Origin: Macrostomum hystrix | Lineage: Eukaryota; Animalia; Platyhelminthes | Assembly (NCBI GenBank): GCA_950097015.1 | Contig: CATNEN010000038.1 | Coordinates: 34,348,001 to 34,412,000 of the forward strand | Reading direction: 5' to 3' | DNA: 64,000 bases | Shown: positions 26,701 through 39,200 of the stretch, in pieces | How the letters are laid out: each line of letters opens with the position of its first letter | Position numbering within the stretch: position 1 is the first letter of the stretch | Position numbers and translations under genes: made by a program | Notes under the pieces: generated by a model | What the model saw: only the letters and a program-made list of their open reading frames with translations | The model's database searches: none | What the model was told of the DNA's origin: nothing

Positions 26701-29060
26701 CAGGCTATGATAAACTGGTTTACAGACAGACAGGCTATGATAAACTGGTTTACAGACAGGCAGGCTATGATAAACTGGTTTACAGACAGACAGGCTATGA
26801 TAAACTGGTTTACAGACAGGCAGGCAATAATAAACTGGTTTGCAGACAGACAGGCTATGATAAACTGGTTTACAGACAGACAGGCAATAATAAACTGGTT
26901 TACAGACACGCAGGCTAACACGCGTAGACAGGTAGAGCATAGCGTATAGGCAGGTTAGCTGCAGGCTCTCCTCACCAATCTCATTGTTCCCTAGGCATGG
27001 CGGCGCAGAAATCTCGCGAAGATCTCGTCATGGAGGAGCCTAATCCGGCATTTGATCCGTTTGGCGCAGCCCCTATTAATCCGAAATGTGAGTGGGCATT
27101 CTTGATTTTTAATAACTAAAAATCGTGTTTCCGCGTATCGTTCTACTCACAAGTAGGCAAATTTGAACATTCCATCTCGTATTTTGCAGTGAAAACCAAG
27201 CACTCTAGCGGGTCCGGGTGCGGGTCGGGCGGCGCCGATCGATCGAAAAAATCGCGCCGATCAAAGCGCGATCGAGCCTCGCGACGCGGCGAGCAGCATC
27301 ACTATCATCATCATCATCGGGCCGATGCTGATTGGCTCTGCGGTGGCAGCGACGACGACCTCGGCGTTGACAGATCAGCCAGATCCTCCGATCTGTTCGC
27401 TGCGATACCCTTCCGCAAGGATCCGGACGACAAGTCGCGCTACGAGCAGCTGACTCACTGCTACTCAGACGAGGAGGTGCTGCAACAGTCGTCCATCGCC
27501 AACTTCAACTACATCGCATCGGACACTGACAACAATAGCTTCAGACAGCAGGCGGCAAAGAGGCCGGACGCTGCGTCACATCCAGCCGCAGCCACCTCTC
27601 TCCGTAATGACGCCGATGTCACTCTGAGCGGCGACGTCGAGGTAGTTGAAAATCCTGCGAGCAGTCGGCATCAACGGCTGCGTCTGCCATCGAGAGAGAC
27701 ATCGTCGGACGGCCTGGACGAGTACGGCACAGATGGTGGCGGCGTTGGCGTCGTTGGCGTTGGATATCCCGCCGGCCAGGGCGTCGGCGGCGTCAGCGGT
27801 GCCGGCAACGGCGGCAATCGATTGTTCAACTATGTCACTCTGATGGAGGACGCCGCTGACGCCGGCAGTCTGGACAGTCGGTCCTTCGAAGTCGGCAGCC
27901 TGGCCGCCGAGAAGGCCAGCGTTCTGTCGTTTGGCGACTACGACAACAACTGCAATTGCCAGCCCGCACCTCCACCGGTTCCGCTGGCGGCCACCACAGA
28001 TCGCATCGTTGGACACCAATACGGCGTTCGTCCGCTTCTAGATGACGACGAGTTGTCGGAGAGCGAACGCCTTAGCGACTGCGGTGGAGGCGGCGCCAGT
28101 GGAGCCAATGCAAACGACAATTCCGATCCGTTCTCGTTAGCACCCTTCAAGCCGCCTAAGCAGCGCCGAAGACAGCAGCCGCAGGCTCAGCTGCAGCAGC
28201 CAAAACCAGCGCCTCGTCGGACTGTGGAGTTAGAACCTGCGACAAATGACCCGGACTCCGACTTTGATCCGCGGGCTGGCGAGCTGCCCCGCTCCCAGCC
28301 GTCGTCTCACGCGCCGTCATTAACGCCACCTCCGCCGACTTTGCCACCGCTAGCTGTGAATGTCGTCATGACACCGTCGGCAGCCTCAGTGCTGCCAGCA
28401 CAGTCGTCAATGGCGATGTTCAGTCCGCCCCAGCGTCGGCCGCACCCGCCTGCCCGCGCCGGCCCCGCTGTCGGCGACAGGCCGCTTCCCCAGATTGGCG
28501 TCGTCAATGACGACGGCTTTGCGGCCGACTTTTTTGACGCCTCTGACGACGAGGCCGGCGCCGCCCTCGTCGCTTCTGCCGCTGTCGCGTCTCCGCCTGC
28601 GTCGCCGCCGCCGCAGCCAGCTTCGCTGGCGCTACAGCCGGCGTCAACATCGTCTCCGGCTGCGGCACCAATTTCGTCGTCCTCGGTCAAGCCGAAGTCG
28701 TCTGGTCGATTTCGAAGCCTTCTCGGGGGCGGCGAATTCGCAGCCGGCGCCGGCTCAATCACTGCGACCGCGGCGGCGCCCGCCTCGTTTTCGTCCTCGG
28801 CTCCTGCCGCAGCCGCTCCTCCGCAGGCCTCGCATCAGCCGCAGGCCTCAGTCACCGCCGCAGCCGACGCGCACTCCAGCATCGGCGGCGGTAGCAGCAA
28901 GAAATCCAGTAAGAAGGTGGCCGCCGCTTTCGCCAATTTGAGCTTCGTTGACTTCGACTCAGGCGCTGAGGATGGTGCCGCCGCGTCGGCCGCTCCGCTG
29001 TCGTCCTCTGGCGGAGCGGCCGCGGCGGTGGCAGCAGCAGCAGCAGCAACTTCTCAATGA
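20726..29060 (+). CDS. AAK1: Numb-associated kinase (AAK1/BMP2K family) with a long C-terminal tail. Exons 20726-21022, 22629-22731, 23451-24037, 24211-24299, 25201-25621, 26046-26370, 26995-27087, 27190-29060
   Basis: IAEGGFAIVF, ALKR, HRDLKVEN, LCDFGSAT, EEIQKYTTLAYRSPEMVDLYSG, KADIWALG. Q/P-rich linker; WNPF, DPFGAAP, DPFSLAPF and FANLSF endocytic-type motifs. All seven introns are GT-AG with matching phases. Confidence 0.9.
21353..22179 (-). mobile_element. Solo LTR (827 bp) in AAK1 intron 1, antisense to the host gene
   Basis: TG...CA termini with a short inverted repeat (TGAAGAG / CTCTACA) and a 4-bp TSD ACAC (21349-21352, 22180-22183). It interrupts a local GACACCCCTGGG..GCTGTCAGGGAC repeat. 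Minus-strand TATA (CTATAAATA) at 21831-21839. Confidence 0.75.
21840..22100 (-). promoter_or_regulatory. Transcription-factor site cluster in the putative U3 region of the LTR
   Basis: AP-1 TGASTCA at 21905, 21968, 22076; CArG CCATATTTGG at 21927, 21990; MEF2 CTAAAAATAG at 22062, 22086; Grainyhead AACCGGTT at 21856, 22025. Confidence 0.6.
22850..23430. repeat. Degenerate ~21-22-bp minisatellite (TCATGACCC..AAGATTCGC), AAK1 intron 2
   Basis: Read directly. Confidence 0.85.
24326..25148. repeat. 24-bp minisatellite (GAGCTGGTCATTAGCTAGATCACT), ~34 units, AAK1 intron 4
   Basis: Tandem units read directly. Confidence 0.97.
25645..25928. repeat. Degenerate 21-bp minisatellite (ATCACGGATTCCATCAACCAT-like), AAK1 intron 5
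   Basis: Read directly; 7-aa periodicity. Confidence 0.85.
26442..26918. repeat. 30-bp minisatellite (TAAACTGGTTTACAGACAGGCAGGCAATAA), ~16 units, AAK1 intron 6
   Basis: Tandem units read directly. Confidence 0.97.
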
Positions 29061-29688
29061 AGATTTTGTGATTTTTGTGAAATCTTTCTTTGCTAAGCAA
29101 CCCAGATCGCATGTCCTTCTGATTATACTATTAGTATGCAAATTTGTGACTGATTCGTGTATTGTTGCGTGTCTGTGGTTGGGCACACAAATTTCAAATC
29201 CGTATTAAATTTGATTCAATTTTTGCTAATCGGTGTAAAAAATATCAATCTTTGACTGCAGGAAGCAAATCCTGTTAAAATTTAGAACTTTACATTTTTG
29301 TGCTTAAAAAATATGCACGTCTACATCGTAAAAGAAATAGAATTTTTATTTCAAGAATACTTTCTTCTGTTTTTCTTAACTCAATCGAGTTGGTAAGTCT
29401 GGTTTATATATGATTTTTTCGTTAGAAAAATTTTCTAGAACAACCATAATAATAGCATCAGTTTCGGGCACTTTTCAGTGTTTCTTGGCTGTTGTTTTAT
29501 TTACTCATATTAACTACATGTTTTAATGTGCCCATCAAGTAGATAAGATGGCTTAATATAAAAAATTTGCCTCACGTATTTTATCAAACCCGTCGTTTGT
29601 CTAAAGGTGGCCCTATTTAAACTGCAGGGATCAATTTAAGCATGGTTTAATTATCTCTAAAGGTCAGTCAGAATTGATTGCCTGTTTA

Positions 29689-30237
29689 CTGTTGCACAAT
29701 CGTCTATGGGACAAGGCCCTGTTGCACAATCGTCTATGGGACAAGGCCCTGTTGCACAATCGTCTATGGGAGAAGGCCCTGTTGCACAATCGTCTATGGG
29801 AGAAGGCCCTGTTGCACAATCGTCTATGGGAGAAGGCCCTGTTGCACAATCGTCTATGGGAGAAGGCCCTGTTGCACAATCGTCTATGGGACAAGGCCCT
29901 GTTGCACAATCGTCTATGGGAGAAGGCCCTGTTGCAGAATCGTCTATGGGACAAGGCCCTGTTGCACAATCGTCTATGGGACAAGGCCCTGTTGCACAAT
30001 CGTCTATGGGAGAAGGCCCTGTTGCAGAATCGTCTATGGGAGAAGGCCCTATTGCACAATCGTCTATGGGAGAAGGCCCTGTTGCACAATCGTCTATGGG
30101 AGAAGGCCCTGTTGCACAATCGTCTATGGGAGAAGGCCCTGTTGCACAATCGTCTATGGGAGAAGGCCCTGTTGCACAATCGTCTATGGGAGAAGGCCCT
30201 GTTGCACAATCGTCTATGGGACAAGGCCCTGTTGCAC
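29689..30237. repeat. 30-bp minisatellite (CTGTTGCACAATCGTCTATGGGAGAAGGCC), ~18 units
   Basis: Tandem units read directly. Confidence 0.97.
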
Positions 30238-31057
30238 TTTAGTCGATGGGACGATCCTTGTTTTAAAATTCCTGTAAAACATAAGATGTTCTCAATGATA
30301 CAATTGTAATCATTTATTGCTGTTATTTCAATGATTTATAAGTTTATTATTCTGCTGAATTGCACTATAGCATAGAATATTTCATACATTCGTTCATTTA
30401 ATATTTTTATTTTCTGTCAATAAACTTTACGACTCTGTGCTTCTGTTGTTCTTTTTATGATTTTCCTACATTTATTTTTGTTTTAATTTCCTCCAACTTT
30501 CTCGATTTGATTTCGTATAGAGTTCTACCGCAATGTACATGCCTGCCTACTGTTAGTAGTCAGTAACTGAAGAAATTCTTTATTAGCGCCATTTAAGTTG
30601 TGCCGTAAAAGTAAGCGAATTCTCAACTCGATGGTTGATAGTTTAATTTGTGAATTGCAAATTTTTTACATGCTTCTGTTCGGTTTTGGCGATACACTAT
30701 ACTACTTATCATAGTACTAATATAGGCATTATTATCTGTTCAAAGTGGCCACATTCACCACTAACACAGGTGTTTGCAGGGTGATAATTTTATTTAAATG
30801 ATTGTTTCATAATTATAAATATTATTATAATTCAACGCTTCAAAACACATGCAAGTGATTTCTATCCCACAGTTAATTTCACCAGTTTGTTATGATATTA
30901 TATTTTTTAATAAATCAGTTATCCGTATTCCGATTTGATATTCCAATTTTATTCCAACATAGTATATGCATACAACACGACCTATTCAATGGGTTTACTG
31001 GCTGGTGCTTTTGCAATCGGCTTAAAAAGCGGAGAATCAAACATCGACCCGCAAAGG

Positions 31058-31310
31058 GTTTTAGCCTAGTAGTTTAAGCATTGGACTCACGTCTTGAAGG
31101 TCGGGGGTTCGATTCTGGACAAAAACTGAAACAAGCAAGACACCTTAGCTCTGCATTGCTTCAGTTCACCCAGCTGTTAAATGGGTTACCAGCATCAACT
31201 GGGGTAATTGAGGGTGGGGACTGTGTGTGGCGACACCCCAGTCCATGGACTGAACAGCTGTACGCAGCTTTCAAATGCGCCGCGCAATCGCTGCAGCTGC
31301 CAATCACTAT
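31058..31310 (+). mobile_element. tRNA-derived SINE, family B (CORE/MIR-like central domain)
   Basis: TAGCCTAGTAG A-box, GGTTCGATTC B-box, GCAAGACACCTTAG..CAGTTCACCCAGCTGTTAAATGGG, CCAGTCCATGGACTGAACAGC. Confidence 0.8.
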
Positions 31311-31705
31311 GAATCCTGAGCACAAACTCAGTGTACATCTGACCTGACTCGAACTCAGGGACCTTATAGGATTCCAATACGGATAATTGTACGAAGGGAA
31401 AACTGGGGATTTATAAGTAAAGTCACCGAAATTCTCTAGATTGATGATGGGAATCTACGAGTATGAGAATGATTTCGATTGAATTAGAGACGGCTTTGAC
31501 ACTAGAATTATGATTAGTTTATTTACACGCATTTACTGTTAGCAATACAGGCTGTGCTAATACAGACGATGCAAGAGTTCTACTCAGTAGTTAATGATGA
31601 TCAGCAGTTTTTTTATGTTTTAGAAGCTAAAACTAGACACAATGTACACAGCAAGCATCTGCTTGGCTTGGTCGAAAGTTCAATTCGCTGCCTTGGAAGC
31701 AGCGC

Positions 31706-32995
31706 TCAAAACAGTCTCAGTCCCGGACCGTAGGCAAGTCCGCGACTGTCTGCGCCGACACTAAAGTACACAGCCGAGCCCTGGCCTAGGAGCAGCAGGC
31801 AGCAGCCGAGAATCACGCAGCCGCAGTCCAGGCACCGCTGCCCGCTCTCTCGACTGCCGGCCACGCGTAGAGCTAATACGGCGACCGCTGCGGCGGTTAC
31901 TGTCGTTACCAATGGCAACGCCGCTAACAGCCAATAGTAGGCCAGAGCCCTGGCCAGTTCCAGACGAAACAGCTGTCCACCGTCGCCGAAGACATCGTCG
32001 TCGTCGTCGTCACTGGCGGCTAATCGAATTTTTTGTCGCTTTCGTCGACGCCGAACCACTCGGACTCCGGTGACTGACCAGCGGCTGCTGGAGGCGGCAA
32101 CTAGCAGGCTGGCATTGTTGAGCATCAGTTTCAAACGGCGTTGGCCCTTGCCGCCGCTTCTTTGTTGCCGGCCAAGGCGCAGGTCGCATCGGCGGGTGTC
32201 GAACGGGAATCCCGGCGAGCCGGGAGGCACTCGGCAGCGGGTGCGGAGGGCGGCTCGGAAGCGCAGCGTCACTTCGCCGTTGGGCCGCACCGAGCGAACC
32301 GAGGCGTGGCGCCTGCGGGCGGGACATTGCGAAGAAGATGACGAAGAGATTCAAGATGACAGAATAAAAGAATAACAAAATAAATAAAAGAATGCTTGCA
32401 TAAAGAACCTATTGCAAGAAAAAGGCATGATATCCTTCGATAGTTTTTGAATCCTGATTTCTATGCCCATTAATACAAAATGATCACAGTTTACGCTACC
32501 GTTATGCACCTACCGGCCCCACAAATCCGCCATGCTGTAGTTGCTGGCCAACGTGGATTCGCTTTCAACGCCAATTTCTGGCGTCCAATCTGCTGCCGCC
32601 GCTGCAGCTGTCGCCGCCTCCCCGTCCTGCACCGTAGCGTTTCGGCGGCGGCCCTTTCTGTGAGACTTCCTAGTCTCATTCCAGGCTAGTAAGAAGCTGC
32701 CAGACCATTGCAGAACACTGCTGCTACCGCTGCTGCTGCGCAAGCCGCTGCCGTCGTTAAGTCCGATGACCGCCAGGCCGGTGAGGCTCAGACGCACTAC
32801 TCGGACTCGACTGGTTGCCATGGTGATGTTGCTGCCGTCCAGAGCGCTCTCCAGCAACGCCTGCAGCTGCAACTGCCCCGCCGGTCTGCGGCAATACGTA
32901 GCCGACACCGGGAGCAGCATCGGAGACGGTGGAACACTAGCCAGTAGCAGCATCATGATGATGGGAATGCGCTGTCGAAGTAATGAATAATCCAT
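31706..32995 (-). CDS. Divergent, C-terminally short Cys-loop ligand-gated ion channel-like protein. Exons 32995-32514, 32312-31706
   Basis: Signal-like N-terminus, LAWNE, WTPEI (WxP[D/E]), VRPNGEV, Cys-loop C..FPFDTRRC, L.R..YY..LP M1 and an ESGQR-led M2-like segment. Phase-2 GT-AG intron. Confidence 0.65.
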
Positions 32996-33679
32996 TTAAT
33001 GAGATCCCAGATGGTTAATCTGGAAAATGTTTCTAATTTTTTTTAATTCTCGACGCTTTGGCCACTACAAAAAGCCTCCTAAATACCGGCTTTCGTCTGT
33101 TTTAAGTCTTATATAAGTACGAGTAAGCTCGTATGTGCCATGAGGCGGGCCAACACTCAGTGCTTTCTCGATCCACTCTGTTTAGTGAGCGCGTCCACGG
33201 GCTTACAGTGACATTTGTGGGCAATGCGAAATAGGAAACGTTTTCATGCGGCTGTCTCCATTTATCGATTTTTGTACGACCTGGCACGTGGCCCTGGCCT
33301 GGCCGGCGGTCTGACTTTCCTTCTCGAGGGGCTGTTTTGGCTGTGACCGATCAAAACTTCACGCATACGGGCTCTGTAATGTTTTGTTATTGCAGGCTTT
33401 GAGTCCTGGCTCAAACACGCGTGAGCACACACGGTCAGAGCTTGAGTTGGTCAGCTGAAGAAATGTTTGGCCAGGCAACACTACTGGGCTCTTACTCTAA
33501 GCTGAATTTCAGTTAAAAAGAGACTCAGAAAAAAAGTGAAGCAATCACTGACGCAAAATTTAACTCTTCATTCGCTCCGTTACTGCACCTGCAGAGTGCA
33601 ACGGTGTTACGATCAATCAGACTTTTTTTCATGAATTGCTTGACACAGACTGCGATGTGCAGATCATATTTGAAGGTGG

Positions 33680-33971
33680 GGACGCTGACGAAAGTCAGGA
33701 CGCTGACGAAAGTCAGGACGCTGACGAAAGTCAGGACGCTGACGAAAGTCAGGACGCTGACGAAAGTCAGGACGCTGACGAAAGTCAGGACGCTGACGAA
33801 AGTCTGGACGCTGACGAAAGTCTGGACGCTGACGAAAGTCAGGAGGGTGACGAAAGTCAGGACGCTGACGAAAGTCAGGACGCTGACGAAAGTCAGGACG
33901 CTGACGAAAGTCAGGACGCTGACGAAAGTCAGGACGCTGACGAAAGTCAGGACGCTGACGAAAGTCAGGAT
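33680..33971. repeat. 18-bp minisatellite (GACGCTGACGAAAGTCAG), ~16 units, each containing a CTGAC-GAAA-GTCAG hairpin
   Basis: Tandem units read directly. Confidence 0.95.
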
Positions 33972-34654
33972 GGTTATCTTTCTTTTGAGTAGTATCGAAC
34001 GTATTAGTAGATAGTGAATTCAACTACAACAATTTTATACGAGCGTATATTTTAAACTTTGCGGTCAAAACTTCCATTGGCTTTTTCTATTTTCTATAAC
34101 CTTTGAAAGTTTACTAAATCCCAGTTCAGAAATAAAAAAGTTATCCGATGACTTAGTTAGAATGCTTTCAGTATTATGGTATAAATTTAAATATTAAGTT
34201 AATTAGCGAATGAACTAATAAAGTAAAATGTTTATCTGTATGTGATAGCAGCACCTAGTGAGTTTCCTGGTGTGAAACTGGTTTTTTCCGGCGGTCGGCT
34301 TGAGTTGCATAATTAGCAGGCGTTTTTTACGTCAGCGCCGAATAATTCCGATTATTCATGAGTGGCCATAAAACTCATGTACGCAGCCAGACATCAGCCG
34401 GTCTAACCCTGGCTGTACTTTCACAGTCATCTCGCGAGCCAATCAAATTCAAGCTTATTGGACCGGTTGCGTTGGCCAGTTCTGATTGGCTCTGCGTAAA
34501 ACTAAGAGAAAAATATGATTTCCATGTACACTGAGAAAAAACCATCCTGAACTAGCCGGAAATTTTCTAGATAAGTCGTGGTTATAAGCGCCGGCGATTT
34601 CATTACCTGTGACAACAAATCTACGCATAAAAATAAAGTCTATATTTTGAGATA

Positions 34655-35077
34655 ATGAAAGGAAAGCTGTGGTGCATTGCTGTGGGAGCCATTCTATATG
34701 GCGCTTATCTAGCTAGCTGCCGACCAGTTAATGACTACTACAATTATGATGGTGACAGTGTCCGACGCAGCGACAATTATGACGATGGACACGACGACTA
34801 CGGTAATGGACACAATGACTACGGTAATGGACACAATGACTACGGTTATGGACACAATGACTACGATAATGGACACAATGACTACGATAATGGACACAAT
34901 GACTACGGTTATGGAAACGACGAGTACGGACATGGCAGTGAAGGAGGCAGCTACGGTGGCAGCGGACAGAACAAACACGACAGCGGCAGCAGCGGTGGCG
35001 GATACAAATTCAAGCCCGATGAAATTTTTCATTACGCCGGAAAGAACAATGGAAAGTACCTAAGGTACTCGTACTAA
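34655..35077 (+). CDS. Small secreted Gly/His/Tyr/Asp/Asn-rich repeat protein (140 aa)
   Basis: ATG start and signal peptide MKGKLWCIAVGAILYGAYLASC; 6-7 GHNDY(G/D)(N/Y) heptads. TATA-like TTATAAG ~70 bp upstream and AATAAA ~90 bp downstream. Confidence 0.75.
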   Translation: MKGKLWCIAVGAILYGAYLASCRPVNDYYNYDGDSVRRSDNYDDGHDDYGNGHNDYGNGHNDYGYGHNDYDNGHNDYDNGHNDYGYGNDEYGHGSEGGSYGGSGQNKHDSGSSGGGYKFKPDEIFHYAGKNNGKYLRYSY

Positions 35078-35269
35078 GAAAGTTTGAAAGAACGTGTCGC
35101 GTCTGTTAAAAAAAACATGAATCAACACTTTTTTGAGCATTCATTTTGTTTTTGCGAGATTTAAAAAAAAATAAAAATGGCGAAATTCAGAGTTATGATA
35201 AAAAACAAAACAATGCTGCTGACAGCTGGGCTTCTTAGTCATTTTTAAACTTCAGCAAATTTTAAACCT

Positions 35270-35825
35270 ACCCTGAAATCCCCATTCCCTGAAATCTAGG
35301 ATGAATCTCGTAGTGCTGTTTCTGAGTAATCCATATTCTCTTAATTCGCATTGTAGAAAATATTGATTCACAAAAATCCCGAGCTTTAATCCCGATTCTC
35401 TGAAATCCCGTTTTGGAGATCCCGATTCTCTGAAATCCTTTCTTAGAAATCAAATTCTCTAAAATACTTTTTGGCAATTCAGATTCTCTGAAATCAGTTT
35501 TTTGGAAGTCACGATTCTCTGAAATCCCGTTTTTAGAAATCCCGATTCTCTGAAATCCTGTTTTTGGCAATCCAGATTTTCTGGAATCCTTTCTTAAAAA
35601 TCCCGATTCTCTGAAATCCTTTCTTAAAAATTCCGATTCTCAATCCTTTCTTAGAAATCCCGATACTATGAAATCCTTTCCTAGAAATTACGATTCTCTC
35701 TATCATCCTTTCTTAGAAATCCCGATTCTCTGAAATCCAGTTTTTGGAAATGCCGATTCTCTGAAATCCCGTGTTTGGAAATGCCGATTCCCGAAGTTTG
35801 AAATCCAGTTCTTTGAAATCGAAGA
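35270..35825. repeat. Degenerate minisatellite (AAATCCCGATTCTCTGAAATCC...)
   Basis: Recurring core read directly. Confidence 0.8.
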
Positions 35826-36208
35826 ATCTTCATAATGAAGATTAATGAGCTTATGAATTGACTATGCAATCTACTTTTCTTTCTAGATTCTTTCAAAAAG
35901 GGAACTTCGACTGTACATTGCGGCTGAATGTACACTCAGATGTGCGCAAGTTTTGGGGGGTCTGACGGCAGTAAATGTACATTTGTCAAGGCTGTTTCAA
36001 CGGGAACAAGGTTCAAACGTACATTAGATTGCAAACCTCTCAATATTCTCTAACCATATTCGCTCTCTACTGTACTGTCTAGCCCACTTTATTATGGGGT
36101 GAAATAACCTTGCTCGACCTAACTAGTGCATAAGTATTAAAAGGCTAAGTCAGAAAAGCTGAAAAGGTGACGAGACAAGATAAATTTCATTACATTCCAA
36201 TAGACCAT

Positions 36209-39200
36209 ATGGCAGCCACAGACTCGGCATCAAATACGCAGATCTACTATGAATTCTACAGCTTCTGTCGCAAGGGCGACGTCAACAGGGTTCAGTTCTA
36301 CTTGGACGCTAAACTGGATGCGAAATGGATCAACGAGAAGGACCGCAGACGCAGCCTGCTCATGGCCACCGCATGGAAGGACAGCGAAGAGGTCTGCCGT
36401 CTGCTCATTGAAAAGCATGCACTCCTGAACCATCAGGATGCTTCAGGCAACACTGCCTTGCACCTCTGTTCAAAGCAAAATTCAATTCGCGTTGCTAAGC
36501 AACTGCTGTCAGCCGGTGCCGATGCCAACAAGCTGGCGGAGAATAACATCACTCCGCTGATGATTTGCGCCGATCTGGGCCACACGGAGCTGGCCCAGTT
36601 GCTTTTGCAACTACCGAACATCGAGCTGAACCAGCAGAGCAGCCGCGGCTTAACCGCTCTTATGAAGGCTATCTTTGAGAATAGCGTCGACATCGCCATT
36701 GAACTCATTCAGCGCGGCGCCAAACTGGACCTGGAGTCACAGAGCGGCTTCACCGCGCTGCACTTGTGCGCGCAGCTCGACAGACGCCGCATCGCTTCGC
36801 ACATCCTGGCCAAGGCGCCATCCGGGCTAGTCAATCGGGTCACTCGACCGGAGTTCAAAGGCAACACGGCGTTCACTTTGGCCGCATTGAATGGCCACGT
36901 CAGGATGCTGCGTCTGTTAAAACAGCACGGCGCCGATCCCAACCACAGAAACATCGACGGCCGCACAGCGCTCGATGAGGTCAAGCTGTCTTGCGGCAAT
37001 GGGGCGACAGAGCTGAAGCAGCTGCTTGAGAGCTGGAGCACTGGGAGGTGAGACCGGCTAATGTGTTAAAAATTTAACCTAATCTTCTGGTGGTTGTAGC
37101 CTAGTATTTAAAGCTTCGGACTCAAGACTTAAAGGTCGTGGGTTCGATTTCTGACTCAATTGGAACAATTTAGAAAAAAGAGAATAACTTAATAATAAAA
37201 ATAATAACAACCATTGCAGGAGGACTGCAGGCAGTGGCACATAATTTAGTGACACTGGACCCGCAGCCAGCGAGGAGGCAATTCTGCCGATTTCGCTGAC
37301 TCTTGAGCACACACGCACACAGATACCGTACGCAGGCATACGCTCAAACAGGTGTGTACATCTACTCTGACTTTCTCATTGTCAGGCAGTGTGCACTCTC
37401 ACTGTGCCTTGGAGGTCGGCCCTCAAGGGCATACGTTTACACGACAAGCCCCCAAGCCTTCTCTTGTGGCCTCGCCACGGAATCGAACTCAGGGACATTG
37501 GCGCAAGAGGCAAACGCGTTAACCGCTCTGCCACCGACCCCTTGTAGGATACTTAACTCTACATTGCTTTAGTTCAGCCAATGGTTATAAATTTCAACTG
37601 GTCTAATTCAGGGTAGGTGTGACGTCCCACCTCCAGTTAGTATTCCTCTTTCTTTTCTGTGCAAAGCTCCTCTTCAAGCATACGAGTATAAAACCATCCA
37701 ACTAAACTTGCTAGCAGCGATAACGAGCATAGGACTCAAGCGACAGTCGGCCAGGAGCTGTCGAATGCGATCCGGAACAACAATGTGAACGTTGTGCGCA
37801 GTTTGATTTCTAAGAAACCGGAAGGCGCCAGTTTGGCAGCCACGCCGGACCCCGCCACCGGCCTGTTGCCACTGATGCTGGCCAGCTCACTGAACAAGCC
37901 GGAGCTTTTGAAGCTGCTCATCGAAGCAATCTGTAGCGACAGCAGCATCGACAAAAAGATGTGCATCAACAGCCAGTCGTCTGACTCTAGCAGAGCTACA
38001 GCGCTGCACGCTGCTGTCCAGTGCGCTAGCGAGGCCTGCGTTCGCCTACTGCTGGACGCTGGCGCGAGCCTCGCTGTGAAGAATGCCGACGGAGCGACTC
38101 CGCTACACCTGTGCGCAGACCTAGCTTCAGCCAAGCCCATAGCTAAGTTGCTGATCGATCGAGCTAGTCGAGACGACCTCATGTCAACCACTAATCCTGA
38201 AGGACGGGTTCCCACCGTGCTGGCCGCTGTTCGAGGCCAGATCGATGTACTGCGTTTAATGCTGGAGCAGCTGCAGCGAATCGATACGCAAACCTGCAGC
38301 ACCGAATGGCTGCCTGTGATTCGCGAGGCGGCGCAAAAGGCCCGGCAGTTCGAAGCGGCTAATGTCGTGCTAGAGCTCATGTAAGTTGTTTGTTGTATAA
38401 GCCTGTCTTCAGTATCTCCTGTATCCGTGGTTGATGAAAGCGTCTCAGCTTGTCTTCGGTAGACTGATCATGTGTCTCAACATCTTCGGTAGACTGATCA
38501 TGTGTCTTCGATATCTTCAGATGAACCTCGCGCCTGCGAATCAAACAAATTTCGAACGCTCCGTCCACTCTTTTGCAGGCCCAAAACTCAGAAGAACAAT
38601 GAAGACTTGATTATCTCGAAGTTCTTTAAGGCAGCAATGGACCGCAACACGGATGAGGTGAGACGGCTGCTGACTGAAGAGAAGCTTAGCAAGTATATCA
38701 ACGAACGCAATCAACAAAGTCCCGGGTGGACGGCCCTGATGGCCACCGCCTGGAACGATGACGCAGCCACATGCAAGCTTTTGTTGGAACACGGAGCCGA
38801 CCCCAACGTAAGGGAGCTGTCATGTCAGAAGTTGGAGGTCACAGCGCTGCACATCGCAGTGCAACAAGATAGCCGTCAGGTGGCCAAACTACTTCTGGAA
38901 CAAAAGTCCATCGACTTAGACGCCAGGAGCAGCGACAGGCGCACACCTTTGATTCGCGCGGCCTGGCTTAACCATAAGGAGATCGCCAGGCTTCTGCTAG
39001 AGAACAATGCCGATGTCAACGCCCAAGAGATTGACGGCTTCAGTGCGTTGCACTTCTGCGCCCAGGAAAATCTGGTGGAACTCGCCAAGCTGCTGATTCA
39101 CCACGGCGCGAACTTGGATTCGGAGACAAATCGCAGTAAGAATCGCAACACCGCCTTCACTCTGGCCGCTGTGAAGGGCAATATTGACATGCTGGAGCTG

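Noticed and set aside
33680-33971. Hammerhead ribozyme (CUGACGA ... GAAA motifs)
   Set aside because: Two extra A residues precede the would-be stem II, and there is no stem III with a UH cleavage site. The 4297-4315 look-alike lacks stem II.
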